From: Sphagnum compactum
Lineage: Eukaryota
DNA: 64,000 nt
Assembly: GCA_965153455.1 (NCBI GenBank)
Contig: OZ234493.1
Location: 22,434,213-22,498,212 of the forward strand
Direction: 5' to 3'
A model generated the notes under the pieces. The model did no database searches. It worked only from the letters and a program-made list of their open reading frames with translations, and was not told the DNA's origin. This document shows positions 1 to 13,852 of this stretch, piece after piece; the stretch's first letter is position 1; every line of letters starts with the position of its first letter. Made by a program: the position numbers and the translations under genes.

Positions 1-323
1 GAATTGTGATGACACTTTCTATTACTTGGTTATCATCACAATTTTTCATGGAAAAATTGTGATGACATCAAGGTAATAACAAATAATCCTTAAAATAAAA
101 AAAAATGTTTAATTTACCTTAATATTAAATCAAAATGTGTTGATACAATCTCTTTCTTCTTTTTGTTTGATGATATAACATGCATCCAACACCATCACAA
201 TTTATCCCATAAGGTTTGTCCAAAGTTGAATTATGACAACTTAAAAAACAAGTTTTGATTGTTATAGTTAAAAAAAGCTTTGTACTTATAGTAGACTAAC
301 TAGTGACCAAACACTTAAGCGCT

Positions 324-881
324 CAGGGTAGGCCGAATCCAAAAGGAGAGTTCCATTAATTTTTTATGTCCAAACAAAATTTGAATTATTCTTCTTGACG
401 CATCTGACACACTAACAATTGTCAAAACAAATTAAAAATGAAAAAATTATGACCTTTCAAAGTAAAGCGAGTGAAAAACTCAAAGAAACAAACCACTAAA
501 CATTACAAAGGCCGATTCCCAAACATAAAAAATTCTTGTATGTTGCTATTAGAGTTCAAAGCTGACTTGTAGAACTTCAGGTGGCATTTCTGTAACATTT
601 TTAATCATTTAAAATGCAAAAAAAGAGAGAGAAAGTTATGAGGTTTGAAAGTAGGAAGGGTCCAAAGAGAAGGGAAAAAAATAAATCTCATTTTGTAAGT
701 TGGAAAGATTATTTTTCTTCTTTTCATTACTCCTTTTCATTTGCACTTTCAAAATGATTTCTAGAGCTTGAGGTAGCGTTCCCATAACATTTTAAATCAC
801 TCAAAATGAAGCACATATGATGGGGATATAAATAAGTGTCCAATCATAGGCAGGCGATTGATGATGGGTCGGCCTACCCTA
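324..881. mobile_element. Non-autonomous hAT-like TIR element (MITE), ~560 bp
   Basis: Perfect 12-bp inverted termini AGGGTAGGCCGA (325-336) / TCGGCCTACCCT (869-880); CAGGG/TAGGG-type ends; flanks taagcgct / taagacta look like a decayed 8-bp TSD; no coding capacity. Confidence 0.65.
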
Positions 882-1951
882 TAAGACTAAAGAGCGTAAA
901 CTTGTTTTAAAAGGGATATCAACCTAGTTCATGTCGAAGTCTCAATTTCAGCAAGGTGCAAATTCTGCAATCCGAATCCAAATCAAGTTTCAAAAAAAAG
1001 TCAAAACCGTTGGTCCACATACCCCCAAAGCCTAACTTAAAGCATAGACTTAAACTTGCTCAATACCTTGAACCTACCAACACTACCTAGTGTTCACCAC
1101 CAAATGTGCTTGCTACTTAAGAATATAACATTTCTTGGTAACAAACATTGAATGAATATTATTAGGAAAGAGCAAGAAATATCTTCACAGGCAACAATGG
1201 AATCAAAGGTACCTAAACTCATAATTTTGCATTATCAAGTTTCAACAACAAAGGGCATAATGCCACACAAAGGGCATTTGCAAGCCTTGGGGCCAATGTT
1301 CCAGCATTTATTAGTAACTTGGGGCCAAACAACAAGCCAAAAATGCTCAAAGTTGGCCCCAAGTTTTTTCAGCCCTGACTCCTAGTGTAAAGCCTGAGTG
1401 AGCTTCATATTCATCAGATTAGAACATAAGTTGTCTTCACCAATTGCAAATTGAAGGGCGTTTGGAATTGGGTTGGAATTGGGGCATGAAAAAGGGTTAT
1501 GTAGTTGTGTAGCTTGAAAAGGATTTTAATTGAAACACCTCCGCACTTGAGGTAACTTCAATGTTTTGTATGAATCATTATTTGAGGTGGTGAGATTGTT
1601 TGGGGGATTTTGATGCCCTAATGAACTTCTCTCTCACTCCTAATAATCAGCAACTTTTGCTGGAAAATTTGTAACCATCTCAAAACAATTGGCTCCAACA
1701 GCCTCAAAATTGAACACTTCAAAATTTTGATACCTAGTTGAGTATAAGTATTAATTATACTTCAAATTCATAGCGATAAACCCAACTTACTACAAGGAAT
1801 TGCATAGAAATCTTTAAGGATTATAGTTTTTAAATCTTGAAATTTGTTTAAACCCACATGAAGGATGAATGCTAAGTGACCAGGAAACAGTATTCTGTTG
1901 GGTTCCAGTTCCCTAGCTAACCATGGTGGTTAACTTAGTTACTTTTTTTCA

Positions 1952-1995
1952 ACCTACCTACTAACAACCCACAAGCAGGTTGTTAGTAGGTAGGT
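1952..1995. repeat. Tight perfect inverted repeat (18-bp stem, 8-nt loop)
   Basis: ACCTACCTACTAACAACC (1952-1969) is the exact reverse complement of GGTTGTTAGTAGGTAGGT (1978-1995). Confidence 0.9.
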
Positions 1996-2737
1996 AGTAA
2001 AAACAGCCCTTAGCTATGTACAAACCATCTACATACTTACCTAGAAGTTGCCTATTTTCCTACCTATCTACCTATATATGAGACCTAGTATTTCCTATAC
2101 AATTAGTTACCAAGATGAAACCAAATATTAACTCAGTTGAGGTTCATCCACAACTGAGTAATAACGGACATTCAGTGGATGGTGTGCTGGTGGGCACTGC
2201 ATTCACTATGGCCCCAGTAGTTCAGACTGACAAAATGGATGAATTACAAGGTATGTAGTGACCACCAGCGGTTAATTATCGAGGTAGGTAAGTAGGTGAA
2301 GGCACTTGGTGCGTGGTTACTAGATAGGTAAAAAAATACATGTGAATGAAGTGGTTTTATACAATATAGCTAGCTAACCACTGTGGGATGATGGATGATG
2401 ATGGCAGGAAAGGAATGATTTTTTTTCTGTCCAAACATCATCCATACTGCATGGTGTGCTGGTGGTTGCTGGTTCTCACTTTTGCCCTAAAACAGAAGAG
2501 TCTCTCTCTCACAGATACAAATTCTGTTTGTTGTCCCCCTTTTCAGACCCCAATAGGAGAAGACACTAAAGTAACACTAAATACCAGCACCAATGTAAAA
2601 ACAGTTTGTAGTTGGTCACCTTATGCAAGCTGATGTTATTGTGCATGTTCAACTCAAGACCTTCTGACAGAGTCACTGATGCACTGGCTGTTCTACAAGA
2701 CACCAGTTGTCAGACTATAAGTCACCCATATTGAAGA

Positions 2738-2838
2738 TAGGTAGGTAGGTAGGTAGGTAGGTAGGTAGGTACTAGGTGAATAGGTAAGTAGGTAGATGGT
2801 GAGTACTAGGTAGGTAGGTAAGTAGGTGCTAGGTAGGT
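2738..2838. repeat. (TAGG)n microsatellite with degenerate tail
   Basis: About 8 perfect TAGG units at 2738-2770, then degenerate units. Confidence 0.9.
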
Positions 2839-3096
2839 GTGTATGTCTCTCAAGAACAACTCCCTCTTCTTTCCTTCCCCAGTCATGAAAAAGTCAAGGA
2901 AGACAAATTACTATTTGTTCTGCTTCAGATACCAAATCTGGCACTTGATTACAAACTCGAGAGTTTTCAAGAGTAACATGCACACGGACAAAACACAATA
3001 ATAAGTTCATGTTCGTTTCACGACTTTTTGAGAATTCTGTTGATAAAAATGGGTATAATTTTTTCCCCCCTGTCATGAAACATGATAAACATATAT

Positions 3097-3501
3097 TAGA
3101 GTTCTCCGTAGTAAAGTCACCCTGTCTTTGGGCATGCTTTCACCCCATATCCCCTCTTTCAGTGGTATCTATCTGCCAAGTAAAGAATGTTTTTTATTAA
3201 ATCTCAATATGAAATGCTGAAACTCCACATTTAGTGCACAAGGTTCGAGAGTAATTATAGTACCTAGTTGTACAGGTAGGAGCAGTGAAAATATATGTAC
3301 ATAGCAGCAGCACTGGAGGCGGTCAGGAAAAAAGAAAGACAGCATGAAACTGAGTTTACCACCAAAATTGCTGGAAAAACTGGTCTCGTCCCTGTTGTTT
3401 CGTTTTGTACAATTTTCATCCACACTTAAGCGTTTGATGCCTTATTATGCCAAAACTGACCATTCTTGCCCCCTAATCGCAAGACTTTAAGTATAACGCT
3501 A
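3097..3501 (+). mobile_element. MITE family 'TAGAGTT', copy A (~400 bp)
   Basis: Starts TAGAGTT, ends ATAACGCTA; body aligns by eye with 45816-46189 (same orientation) and 43785-44177 (inverted). Confidence 0.75.
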
Positions 3502-4404
3502 TTATAATTAACCCATTGTTCTTTCCATGCACTACAATTTGACAATGAGCGGGAAATGCGCCCCAAGATCATGGTAATGGGTTTTAGGTTCCACCCAGTA
3601 CGTGTTTAGGAATTAGGGTTCCCCTCGGGGATCCTGTCAAGGGAGTAGGAGATCGATCACCAGATGTGTTGTTCTATTGTTAATCTAGCAATGCCGGCCA
3701 AACCTTGGCCATCTTGGAAACCCTAGCCTTTGATTTTGTCTCATTGCGCATCATTGATCACTTCACCTTTAGTTGAACATACACACTTGTCTCCCCCAAT
3801 TCATCAATTTTTGTAGCACCCGTGTTTCCAAGCATTCGTTGGTACTTTCGATGTTGTGCGTTAGAAGTCTTTTTAGGATTAGTTGGGGATCGTCCATGGG
3901 AAGGGTAGGATTGTTTTTGGGAATCACTTCGAATCATCCGTGAAATTGAAAGATGGTGACATTGGATGAATGGTCACAAGCAAGGAGGATGGGTTTGAAT
4001 TTGGGCTTCCTCAACTCTTGAGACTTACTTCTCTTGATGGAATCAAAAGGGTGGCTCGCAAGTGTGTTGTTTTCCAATTGCATAGACAAGCATTGGAGAA
4101 GGAAGACATGCTTTTACAATACAACAACTATTTGGTATGCATTTGTGAGTGTGAATGGTGCATTTTAAGGTTAGAAGTTAGAGGTTAGAAATTCAAGTTA
4201 TGTGTGATTGAAGGCGTCATTGGAGTCCTTATGAACTCCAATGTTTTAAAAAAACTTACATGATTCAACATGGTGATATTACACTAGCCAATTTGTACTT
4301 TTAATGACGAGAAAAACCAACCTTACATAGACTACAAGTCAACAAAGGCCTTGGACATTGATGTACCAAGAAATCTATATATGAGCATTGCCATCTCATT
4401 CATG

Positions 4405-4680
4405 ATGCATGGCCATCAGAACTTCGCCCAAGCAAAATTTAAAGTTGAGAATGATGGCAAGATGGTGTGTATTAGATGCAAAGTATGTTCCAAGATAATT
4501 GTCCCCAAAAATTAGATTCCTTGAGAAAGCATAGGCTATGGTTGCTCGAGTTGGGGAAAAGTTTGAGGAACTTTATTTGAGTAAAAACGATCATCATGGG
4601 AAAATGAAAGTTTGTAGTGAAATTGGTGGGAGGGATATCGTGGTTGATTATGTCATTAGTGGTGCACTAATTGAATGATA
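4405..4680 (+). mobile_element. Degenerate hAT-type transposase N-terminal zinc-finger remnant
   Basis: Frameshifted translation ENDGKMVCIRCKVCSKI..VPK..LDSLRKH resembles the CxxC...H zinc-finger N-termini of plant hAT-like transposases. Confidence 0.4.
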
Positions 4681-4891
4681 AACAAATTAGCTTTTCAATT
4701 TGAGCAAGGGTAAATTTATAAAATAAGCAAAATGAAAATGTGATAAAAAACATTCCTAAAAAAATCCAAAAAAAATGAATGGTGTCAAAATTTCCATGTT
4801 TAGAAGGTGGGTTGGGAGATTTTTGGTTGTAATCGAGTGATTAATTGTGACAACTAGTTGTTGGCTAACATTTGTGCATATTTCATGTATA

Positions 4892-5272
4892 CTAGAGTGG
4901 CCTGTGCCGTTGGCCCAAGTGTTACCACGTCCTCAACTGATTCTTCCTTCCAATATCTCGCACACTCTGAATCCAAATCCTACCAAATAAATTCCATTAA
5001 ATCCTGCTCATCAAGATCTTTCCAATGACACCCAAGGCACATTCCATTTCCTCCAAAAATTTCAGCTACAATTTTAATTTAATTTATAGTGAAGAAATCA
5101 TTCATTATTCAAGAACTTTTGCACCACAAGTCCAAATGTCATGGAACCAAGCCCACCCTCCTCGTCAAGAGCTTTCCCAAAACACTACGAACACAATCTG
5201 AAGCACCCTGGTTCGGTGGACCTCATAACTACAAAACAAAACAAAAACAAACTGCCTTCCTTCATAGATAGA
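4892..5272 (-). mobile_element. Non-autonomous Helitron-like element, copy 1
   Basis: On the minus strand it begins TC(TATC), ends CTAG and sits between A and T, with a GC-rich imperfect hairpin just before CTAG; a second copy lies at 44253-44767. Confidence 0.6.
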
Positions 5273-8200
5273 TATGCATCCAACCAAAAACATAATTTAT
5301 TTCATCATCCCCCAAAATATTGTGTAGGCCAATAAGGTATCACGGTTGTCATCCATAACAACTATGTGACGCTAGGAGTCATCAAAATTGAACTCTTGTG
5401 CTTTCTTCTTAAATGGTTAAATATCATCCAAAAGATGAAAACATGCAAACCTAATCCAATCACTTTGCAAATTGACAATTGTTACTGGATGTTAAACTAG
5501 AAGGTTAGAAATTGATGATGCATGGGGTACCAATCTAAAACATCACTAGATTAAATCAAACCCAATAACTTAGATTTGGAATTAGGAAAAAGGTTAAGTT
5601 ATAATTAAAATAATTTGCAAATGATTTGATCCTATCCTTTGGTTGATTTTAGGGTCCAATTTTTACCACTTTATGTTATTTGCACATACCCTTTGTGAGA
5701 TCCTTAACCAAAAAATACAAAAGAAACTTGGCAATCAATTCAATTCAATTTGTTGTCCTTTGTAAAAACATAAATTTATGTAACAAGTCGACATAATACA
5801 AATAGAAAGAACTATTGCAAACATTTACAAAAAGAGAAGAATTCCAAAAAATCAATCAATGTATGTTTATGAATGAGGTTCAATATTTAGAGGTAAAATT
5901 ATGGAACGTATTTTGTGACTTAGAAAAGCCAACAAAAATTGTTGGGGATATAAAGGGATCATTAGATACCAACACTGAGTGAATGCTCCTAACATTTTAA
6001 AGCTTTCACATTTGGGGAATGGAATTTTCCCATTTTATCGGAAGAAACAAAAGACAACATATGACATTAAAACATTACCACTATGATTGAGCTTTGCTTT
6101 GCTTCACTTTATCATTACTTTGTGCATATTTAAGGAACTCAAATTCATAATGTGATGCATCCTCTACTATGATGCATCATGAAAGCCCTCCTCCCCAAAA
6201 CCCACTTCTATAGTAGAGATTGGGGGTTTTTAGTTTTAATTTTGTAATATTGAAAATTTTGCAAATTAGCAAATTTAGTCAAATTTACATTAGAATATGT
6301 ATTTTTAAATTCCAAAAATTACACAATTTTTTTGTCCCCAAAAAAAAAACCCACTAAGAGATATAGTAGAGACAGCAAAAAATCAACCTGGTTTGGGCAG
6401 AGCTAAAAAAAATAATTCTTTGGCTCTGTTGCAAAAACTGAGCAACAATAATCTGAATGGTCAGAGAGAGAGAGATATAAAACCATTTAATTAATTAAAT
6501 ATTTATTTATTTATTTAGTTAATCCACATTTATGCAATTTTCTCAGTTTTGTTTTGTCTACATGCTTTTATGGAGAAGAAGAAGAAGAAGAAGAAGAAGG
6601 GTACAAAACTGAGGCCCAACTGACACAGTGTTTTTGTTTGTCTCTCAAGTCTTTGAAGATTCCAACACACTAGTGTTAGCCCAACATTAACACTGACATA
6701 GTGAATGTCTTTAGAGGAGGACATTGGAGGTTGGGCCTCTTTATGGGTTCAATGAAACTTGAGACTTGATGAAAGCAAGTGTTGTTTGGTTCTAGCTTTT
6801 TGAGGGGGTGAGTGGGGGAAGAAGAACCTTGTGTTTTTCATTTTGTCTAATCTTTGGAATTTTGATGGAAATTTTTAATTTTAAGTCAATCATTTCTGTT
6901 GCTATTTTCTTAAAGGTCCAAGGTAGTTTTTTTTAATTTTAAAAAAATAAAAAAAATAAAAATGCAAAGTGGACTCATGAAAGTGGGACAAATTCCAGTC
7001 CCGTGCTCACATCTTTTTGTTGGAACCAGCACAAGAACTGGACATTGGAACTAGTCTTTTGCTAGATCCAGACCAAAAATTGAAAATGAGGAGTTCACTT
7101 GAAAGTTGTAGTAGCCTGATAGGTTTCTGCCTCGGTGCAGCAAAAAAAGATGTGGCCAATTGATTGTTCAAATTGGTCGCTTGAATTGTTTTGAAAGAGT
7201 TGTCTTTGTAGACCAGTACTTGTTGAATGCTACATTTGGTTTGCATGTGACCAATGCAAAAGACATTCAGAGTGCAAAAGAGCTTTGAACAGGAATTTGG
7301 AGCTTCTAACACATGGCATGCTTCTCGGATTTTAGTGAAGCATGTGTTTGTTGCACAGTTGATAATGTATACAGAATTGTTAGGGTTTCCCAGATCTGTG
7401 ATGAAACTGTGACTGAAATATCTGTCACCATTTCTCCATAGACCCACAAGTTGAATCACATCATCCTCAGAACTGAAAGAGCACAGATCAGGTGCCTACA
7501 ACCCACCAATAGGCGGAAATTCAGTCATTGCATAAAGCAAATTCTCAGGTCATCTTAGACCAAAATTGTCCAAGTAAACCAATAAACTTTTCTCCAAATT
7601 GGGTGGGGGGGAAAGAAAAAGTAATAGCACATGGAAAAGCGCACCTGGTTGAAATACAAGAAGAGCTTGTAAGAGTGAAAAATACCAGTGGTAAGAGACA
7701 TATATAGACACCCATCAAGCTATATGCACCCAATTCTGTGATGGTGCAGTTACAATCCGTTATCAAAGTGTCCTCTGTAATGAGCAATTTGGGACAATAT
7801 ACTCCAGATGTTGAACTTCACCAATGTGGTGACAACCTAACAATTCCTTTGTGATGCAGCAAATCTGCACAACATCATCACCGTGTACTACGAGAATGCT
7901 AGAATCTAGTCAGACGAAGCAAATCTACTGCCAGTCTTACGGTAAAAAGGTCAGCTTCCATAGATGAACAGAGAGATCAAGTGTGGTCCAGAAACTGCTG
8001 ATGAGGGACTCCCCCTATTGTCAAGGACCCTCCTTATTGAAAATAGCTGACCTCTTCAAGCATAACCTGGAAGGCAAGAGTAAGAAGAATTTACATTTAC
8101 AATGTAAACACCATCAGTTGAAGCACTCCCTTATTCCATATTCTCAAAGTCTTCAACACCTTTCCGTGTAGATCAAGGTGAGAGCTGTGTTGTGGGCGAC

Positions 8201-8297
8201 TACACTATAGTGAAGAAGAGCCCATGCATATCAGTTTTACCCTCATACACCTTGAAGTAGAAAGAAAACAAGAAATCTGATGTGCATGGAGTGCCAA

Positions 8298-11200
8298 TCA
8301 CCCATCAAGCCATAAAGGTGGGGCCTTGTGTGCATGCCCCAGGCTGTTCACAAGAGCTCTCCGGGTACACACATGGAACATGTTTGGATGTAAGGTATTG
8401 AGGCGGGTGAGCACATATGGAAAGCTGAGTTGGTCACGTGCCGTAAAGCGCATCACTTCGTTGAACCATGCACACATAAATAGGTTGGTAAGTGTAGTAT
8501 GCTCCCTCACAATCACTGAAGCCTCTGCAAGAGCTGAATTGGCATGCACGAAGTGCAAACTCAGTCAGCAAATTTACTAGTAATTCATATTGGAGCGAGA
8601 GAGCTGAGGTTGAAGAGAGTACGTTGAAACAGAAAATTAAATTACCTATATTACATGCTGTTGTCCTCATAGTTGCACAACATCACTATTGAAGTTAGAG
8701 GAGAGGTTGAAATGGAACAGGCTCAAATGTGGTTGCTCACCTTTGTGGCCATCAAAGAGAGCGTTTTCTGGCATGCCTTCAGAGCGATAAGTATCAAGTT
8801 GGATTGCCACTTCCGCTGGTGTGGCCTTATTCTTCTTCACAATAGCATTACCTTCCTTGTAGACACAGCTGCGTCCCCCGTGCAGAGAGATGGCAAATGT
8901 TGCACCCGGTTTCCATAGCAAAGCCTCCAACACACCCATTGGATCTCTCCGAAACTGCGACTTTGAATCCACCCAGATGCTGTACTGAGCATTTGGGAAC
9001 AGTCTGTGGCTCAACATCTGCCATTACTTCCCATGTCAGTTCTACATTGCAAATATGATGCCCCAATTCACAACAGCCATGAACTGCAGCACATGAGCTC
9101 CAGAGTTTTCTCAAACAGTCTCCTTTGCCTTCTAATTGATTACAGGGAAACTATGCCTGGAAGGCCAGACAAACCTATCCCCCTCACTTAATCCTGGGCC
9201 TCCTGTTGCTGCTTGTACATGATATTCAAACCATGCCTTGGCCTTTCTTCTCAGTAAAATACAGACATAAAGAGTCCTGATTCTTACACAAGCAGACCTA
9301 AAACCCACCAAAGAGGGAAGAAGAAAGTACCTTGGGAATCTTGCCATTCCTGCGCTGGTCAGCAAAGGGCAGGTTGTAGACGAGCACAATGTGCCACAGC
9401 CCTATAGTGCGATCAGGGCCAAGCAGCTTCCCTGCTTTCTCCTGTGACTGTTGTGTAACCTCATCCCACATTGCTACAAAGCATACCTGGTTTCCAACCA
9501 ATATGCTGTTAGATTCAGATGTAAAGTAGTACCCTGGAAACTTTGCAAGGATCCTGTACAGGTGCAGCAAACCGATGGAAAGGCGTGATGTCCACAAGGT
9601 GTGAGAGTGGACAGCCAACTCCAGTAAGAGAGAGACAGCAAGCAATGTGATGTTGAACTGGCAGCAAACTGTTCTCAGCTTGATGGGAGCTAAATACTTG
9701 TTGCTTCAAGAATGCACTTTTGTGGCTACGGGTTTAGGGTTTAGGGTATGGGCTATGATATGAACACCCGTGAACCACAGGTGCTGGAAAGATACACACA
9801 AAGGATGCCAAATGGGCCTGGGAGGCCTGGGAGACATTCTACAATTTGAAGACAAAGTTAGGGTGAACATCAATAGAACAGTAGCAACATCAAGAGAAGA
9901 GGATGTGTACCTATGTGGAAAAATGATAGCACACTTACTTTTGCAGCAGTGGCATTGGTGTAACCAATAGGCTGATACAAATCATCACCACCCCCAAATG
10001 TGCAGGTGAGAATGACCACTCTACAAGTCTCCATGAAAGCCTTGTCAACAGCATCGATGTCAAACCCACTGTTTTCACCAGAACACCAGCCACAGTGCAC
10101 ATTCATGACTTCTTGCACCTGTCACTAGACAAAAAATTGGGTCTCAGTTCGGTGACTTCCCTGCTGCCATCTGAGGGGGAACAACATTTTGACTTGTATT
10201 GTTCTTTGTGCAATCAAGCATTCATATACACTATGTGAAAACCAAACAATTCTGGTGTATTGAAATGCTCGGCAAGTGCAAGGAAACAGAGCTCAGAGAA
10301 AAAAGCTTGTGACATTGCCAAGAAAGACCCCTATAATGAGAAGCAGACAACAGCAAAACCTGGAAAGTGGTTGAGCGCTGTAACATTGTGGGTTCTCCAG
10401 CAAAATGTCGATGGTCAACCACATAGTGCAACTCCTTGATAGGTGACACTGTAGGTGCTGGTAATTGTAGCTGCTCTAACTCAGGCTCTGGAAGCAACTG
10501 CAGACATGCTGGAAATGGGAGAATTCACATTATGAGCTCTACTCGGACTGGACTGGTTTGCAGATCATCACTTTAACAAGGTGACAGATGTATAAGAAAA
10601 GGAGACAATAAAACTGAAGTTATAAATGCAGTAAAAAGGTTTCCTCAAGAAGTGGGGCAATGGAAATGGAAATGCAGAGCACACACCTTGGCGAACACCT
10701 GCTACCATGCGTGTTGGCATGTCAAGCCGATTAAGGGTGCTCTCCTTCTCCTCCACCACGGATCCTTCTTTGCCTGCTGTATGCTCCTGCTTGTCCTTAG
10801 CACTGGGTAGTACTCCTACTGCATCATCATCATCATCATCAGTATCCCCTGACATCATCAGTAAAACCAGTCATGACATGAACACAAAAAACTTTGTGGG
10901 GTTGTGAGATCTCTGTCTCTCTCCTCACATGGAGGCGACATATTACCCATGGCTTGCACAGCATTCAAACAGCCCTCCTCCTATGAGCTTGGTGACAACC
11001 CATTCCATTCACTGAATCTGTAGATGGGAACCTGCTGCCTTTTCTTTGCCTGGCGGAAGTGACACAGAGACAATGAACTTGAGGCAGGGAAAATGAGAAA
11101 GATTGGAAGAGATCTTACAGGAAGAAGAATTCCAGTGGCTTGGAGAGAGGATCATGGTCATCTCCATGATGACAAGCAGGCAGCCACAAACTGGCAGCAG

Positions 11201-11494
11201 CAGCAGCAGCATGAGCCACCACCACCGTCTGCTGCTGCTGCTGCTAGCAGATCTCCGTCGCATCCTGAAATCCATCCACGTTGATCTCATGCCATTTCCT
11301 CTACTCTTCTTCTTCTTCCTCTTACTACTTTTGCTGCTGTCATCTTCCCGCTGATAATCGACCTCCTGCAGCACAACAGCAACCGAACTACCATTCCTTA
11401 AGCCACTTTCTTGTGTGTTTTCATTCCCCAAGAAGCTGCTCTCTATGTGGGATCCATGCCGAGCTACAGAAGAAGTAGGGTACCCACTAAACAT
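8298..11494 (-). CDS. DUF616 family (MUCI70/TOD1-like) type II membrane glycosyltransferase-like protein, ~511 aa, 7 exons
   Basis: Phase-consistent GT-AG exons: 11494-11119, 10848-10687, 10508-10360, 10118-9939, 9486-9331, 9017-8741, 8533-8298 (1536 nt). Hydrophobic anchor WWWLMLLLLLPVCGCLLVIM; family motifs VHCGWC, TCTFGGGDDLYQP, RRNGKIPKMLSHRLFP, YSIWVDSK, RDQLSFPYV. Confidence 0.9.
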
Positions 11495-13852
11495 CTGCTA
11501 AAACCCTCCCTGTCTGTATGTTTGGGTCTTTGTCTTCTCTCTGTGTTCACTCTGCTCTCTCCACTCCCTTGCAATCATCTCTCTCCGCCAGCATCTCCTT
11601 CTACGTTTCAATATCCAAAAAACAAAGCTTGATCGGATTCCACCAACAAGACCTGCAGAAAAATGCCTTCTTCAGGGCTCCACCACCCATCTTCTTCAGC
11701 AACAACAAAACCCTGCAACGACAACAACTTCTTCTTTTTCAACCCTAATTGTGGACGCAAGCAAGCTCAAGACCTTGAGATCTAGAACTCAATTATTTTT
11801 CTGTAGGCAGTTGTGGGTGCAGAAACGAGAAAAGGGTTGGGTTCTCCTCCTCCGTCTCATCTTCCACTGTGATTTTCATGGCTGATGACATTTTCTTCAA
11901 TCTTTTTTCCCACTCTTTGTAACAAAGAGTGCATTGCAAAGCTAGCACTTGAAGATACCTAGCCTGCATCATCTGTCATATGAAGTGGATCTCTCCTGTG
12001 CAGCACAGATGAGAGAAGTACAGGAGAGATCAGATCCGATCCATCATCATCATCATCATCATCAACAACAAAAGTGGTGGGTAGGTCTTTCCAAGAATTC
12101 AAGATCAAGGTGAGATGATGATGGCCCCTGTTGTAACAAACAAACCACATTGTGGCTGACTGTATGGAGGGCTGACTGGCTGGCTGGCTTTGCTTGGGGT
12201 CCTTGCAGAATTTATTGTAATGTATGCAGATCATGGGAGTCTAGAATGTCTTGTTGTATTGGAGCCTGAAAATTTATGCATGTGGGTTATGTGCTGCTGC
12301 TATCTAACAAACATCTATTGCTGCTGCTGCTGCTGGCAACAGGCATCTATCTATCTCTGTGAGAAGGTTGAATGGCAGCTGGAGAGGAAAAGAGGTGTGA
12401 AGAAACAGCAGCCTGGTTTGTGGCATCTGGATATTGAGGTGCATAGTAGTGCATACATATTTTGTACTAGATGATCAAGACCAGCCTCAGATGAATTGAA
12501 ATCTGCACAACTGAAAGGGATTGTCAGGGCACATGCATGACAATGCAGGTATGTGCCATATACTGAATCTGTAGTGCATGCATGATGGTGAAGAAGAAAA
12601 GATGTAGAATTTGTGTCACCATAGCAAGATTCGACTGGGCTATGGCATTTGGGCTTCATCAAAACCACAGCTCCCTGGTACTGCACTGTGCAGTGTGGAA
12701 AAACAAAAACAAAATAAAATCTCCAAGCTTGTGAAAGATTGCCACACTTCCACAAACTTCCATTTCAAAAATTAGTTGGGGAGAGCAAATCATGGGTGAG
12801 GGATGCTGATCAATCACTTTCATCACTTTGAGGATAGGATGTGTGTTTGTTCTTGCGCAGACTATTGGTGATGATGCCCAGTATTCAATCTGTCTTGTCA
12901 ATCAATCACTGCGTCAAGTTCATTTTGTTTTGTAGCATATGTAGTGGTCGTATTATTACACACCACCATAGTTGAACGCCATCTCTGCTGTGGTACCCAT
13001 TGAAGAATGGCCATGGAGCTAGCTTCCTGTAGGTTTGATTTCCTGTCTCTACCATTTGTACCACAACAGACCAACCATATGGTGCCTCTTTTTTTTCTGC
13101 TCTTTTATGTACAAGGGTCTTCTGGAATTCTAACTGTGTGGAATTTGGCGGAACAATGACACAAAAGAGAAGAAAGCAGCATCCAAGCAAAGCTTATTTG
13201 CTCTAAAAGGGAGCTTGAAAAACAGGTGGAACCTGGGAATTCGAAATTCCTGAGAGAGAGGAGGTAATTGCCATGGAAAAAAGGACTTGATGAGCTCTTG
13301 TTATTCCTTGAGGTACGCTCTATTGGAAAAAAAAATTCTATGTTGACTTGCTTAATTCAATATAAGGCCTCATTGGGTTTAAAAAATTTGCAATCTTTGT
13401 TCATATGTAATATAGACAGAGAAAAATTCAGGAATCCACAAGCAACTATTTTGTTGGCAACCCATTTGAAGATAAATCCAGGACTTGTGAACTTAGTGGT
13501 CTAATTGTTCATACACTTGCAATGCTCTTGTTCCAAACTGCCAACTCCCCTGCTACATGTCAAAGCTTTCATCAAGGACTGCACTTATTCCTGTGTTTGC
13601 ACTAGGTGCAGGACTTCCAGTACAGGCAAGTGAGTGTACTGCAGTTAGCCCAGCAGCTGATCCATCACGCTCGGTTGAATCTTGATATTGCCTTCTCTGT
13701 GTATGTTGAAGCTGTTTAATCGCAGTGAACAAATTAATACAACAATTGTTGTTCATCAAGCACAAATTACACTGTCAGAAGAATAGAACATTGCACTACT
13801 ATGTTGAGAGCGAGTTGCAGCGACATGTCCAGAAAATGAGAGTCATCACATT

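Noticed and set aside
9730-9747. GGGTTTAGGGTTTAGGGT telomere-like motif in a DUF616 intron
   Set aside because: Only two full units; a common telobox-sized match, not an interstitial telomere array.
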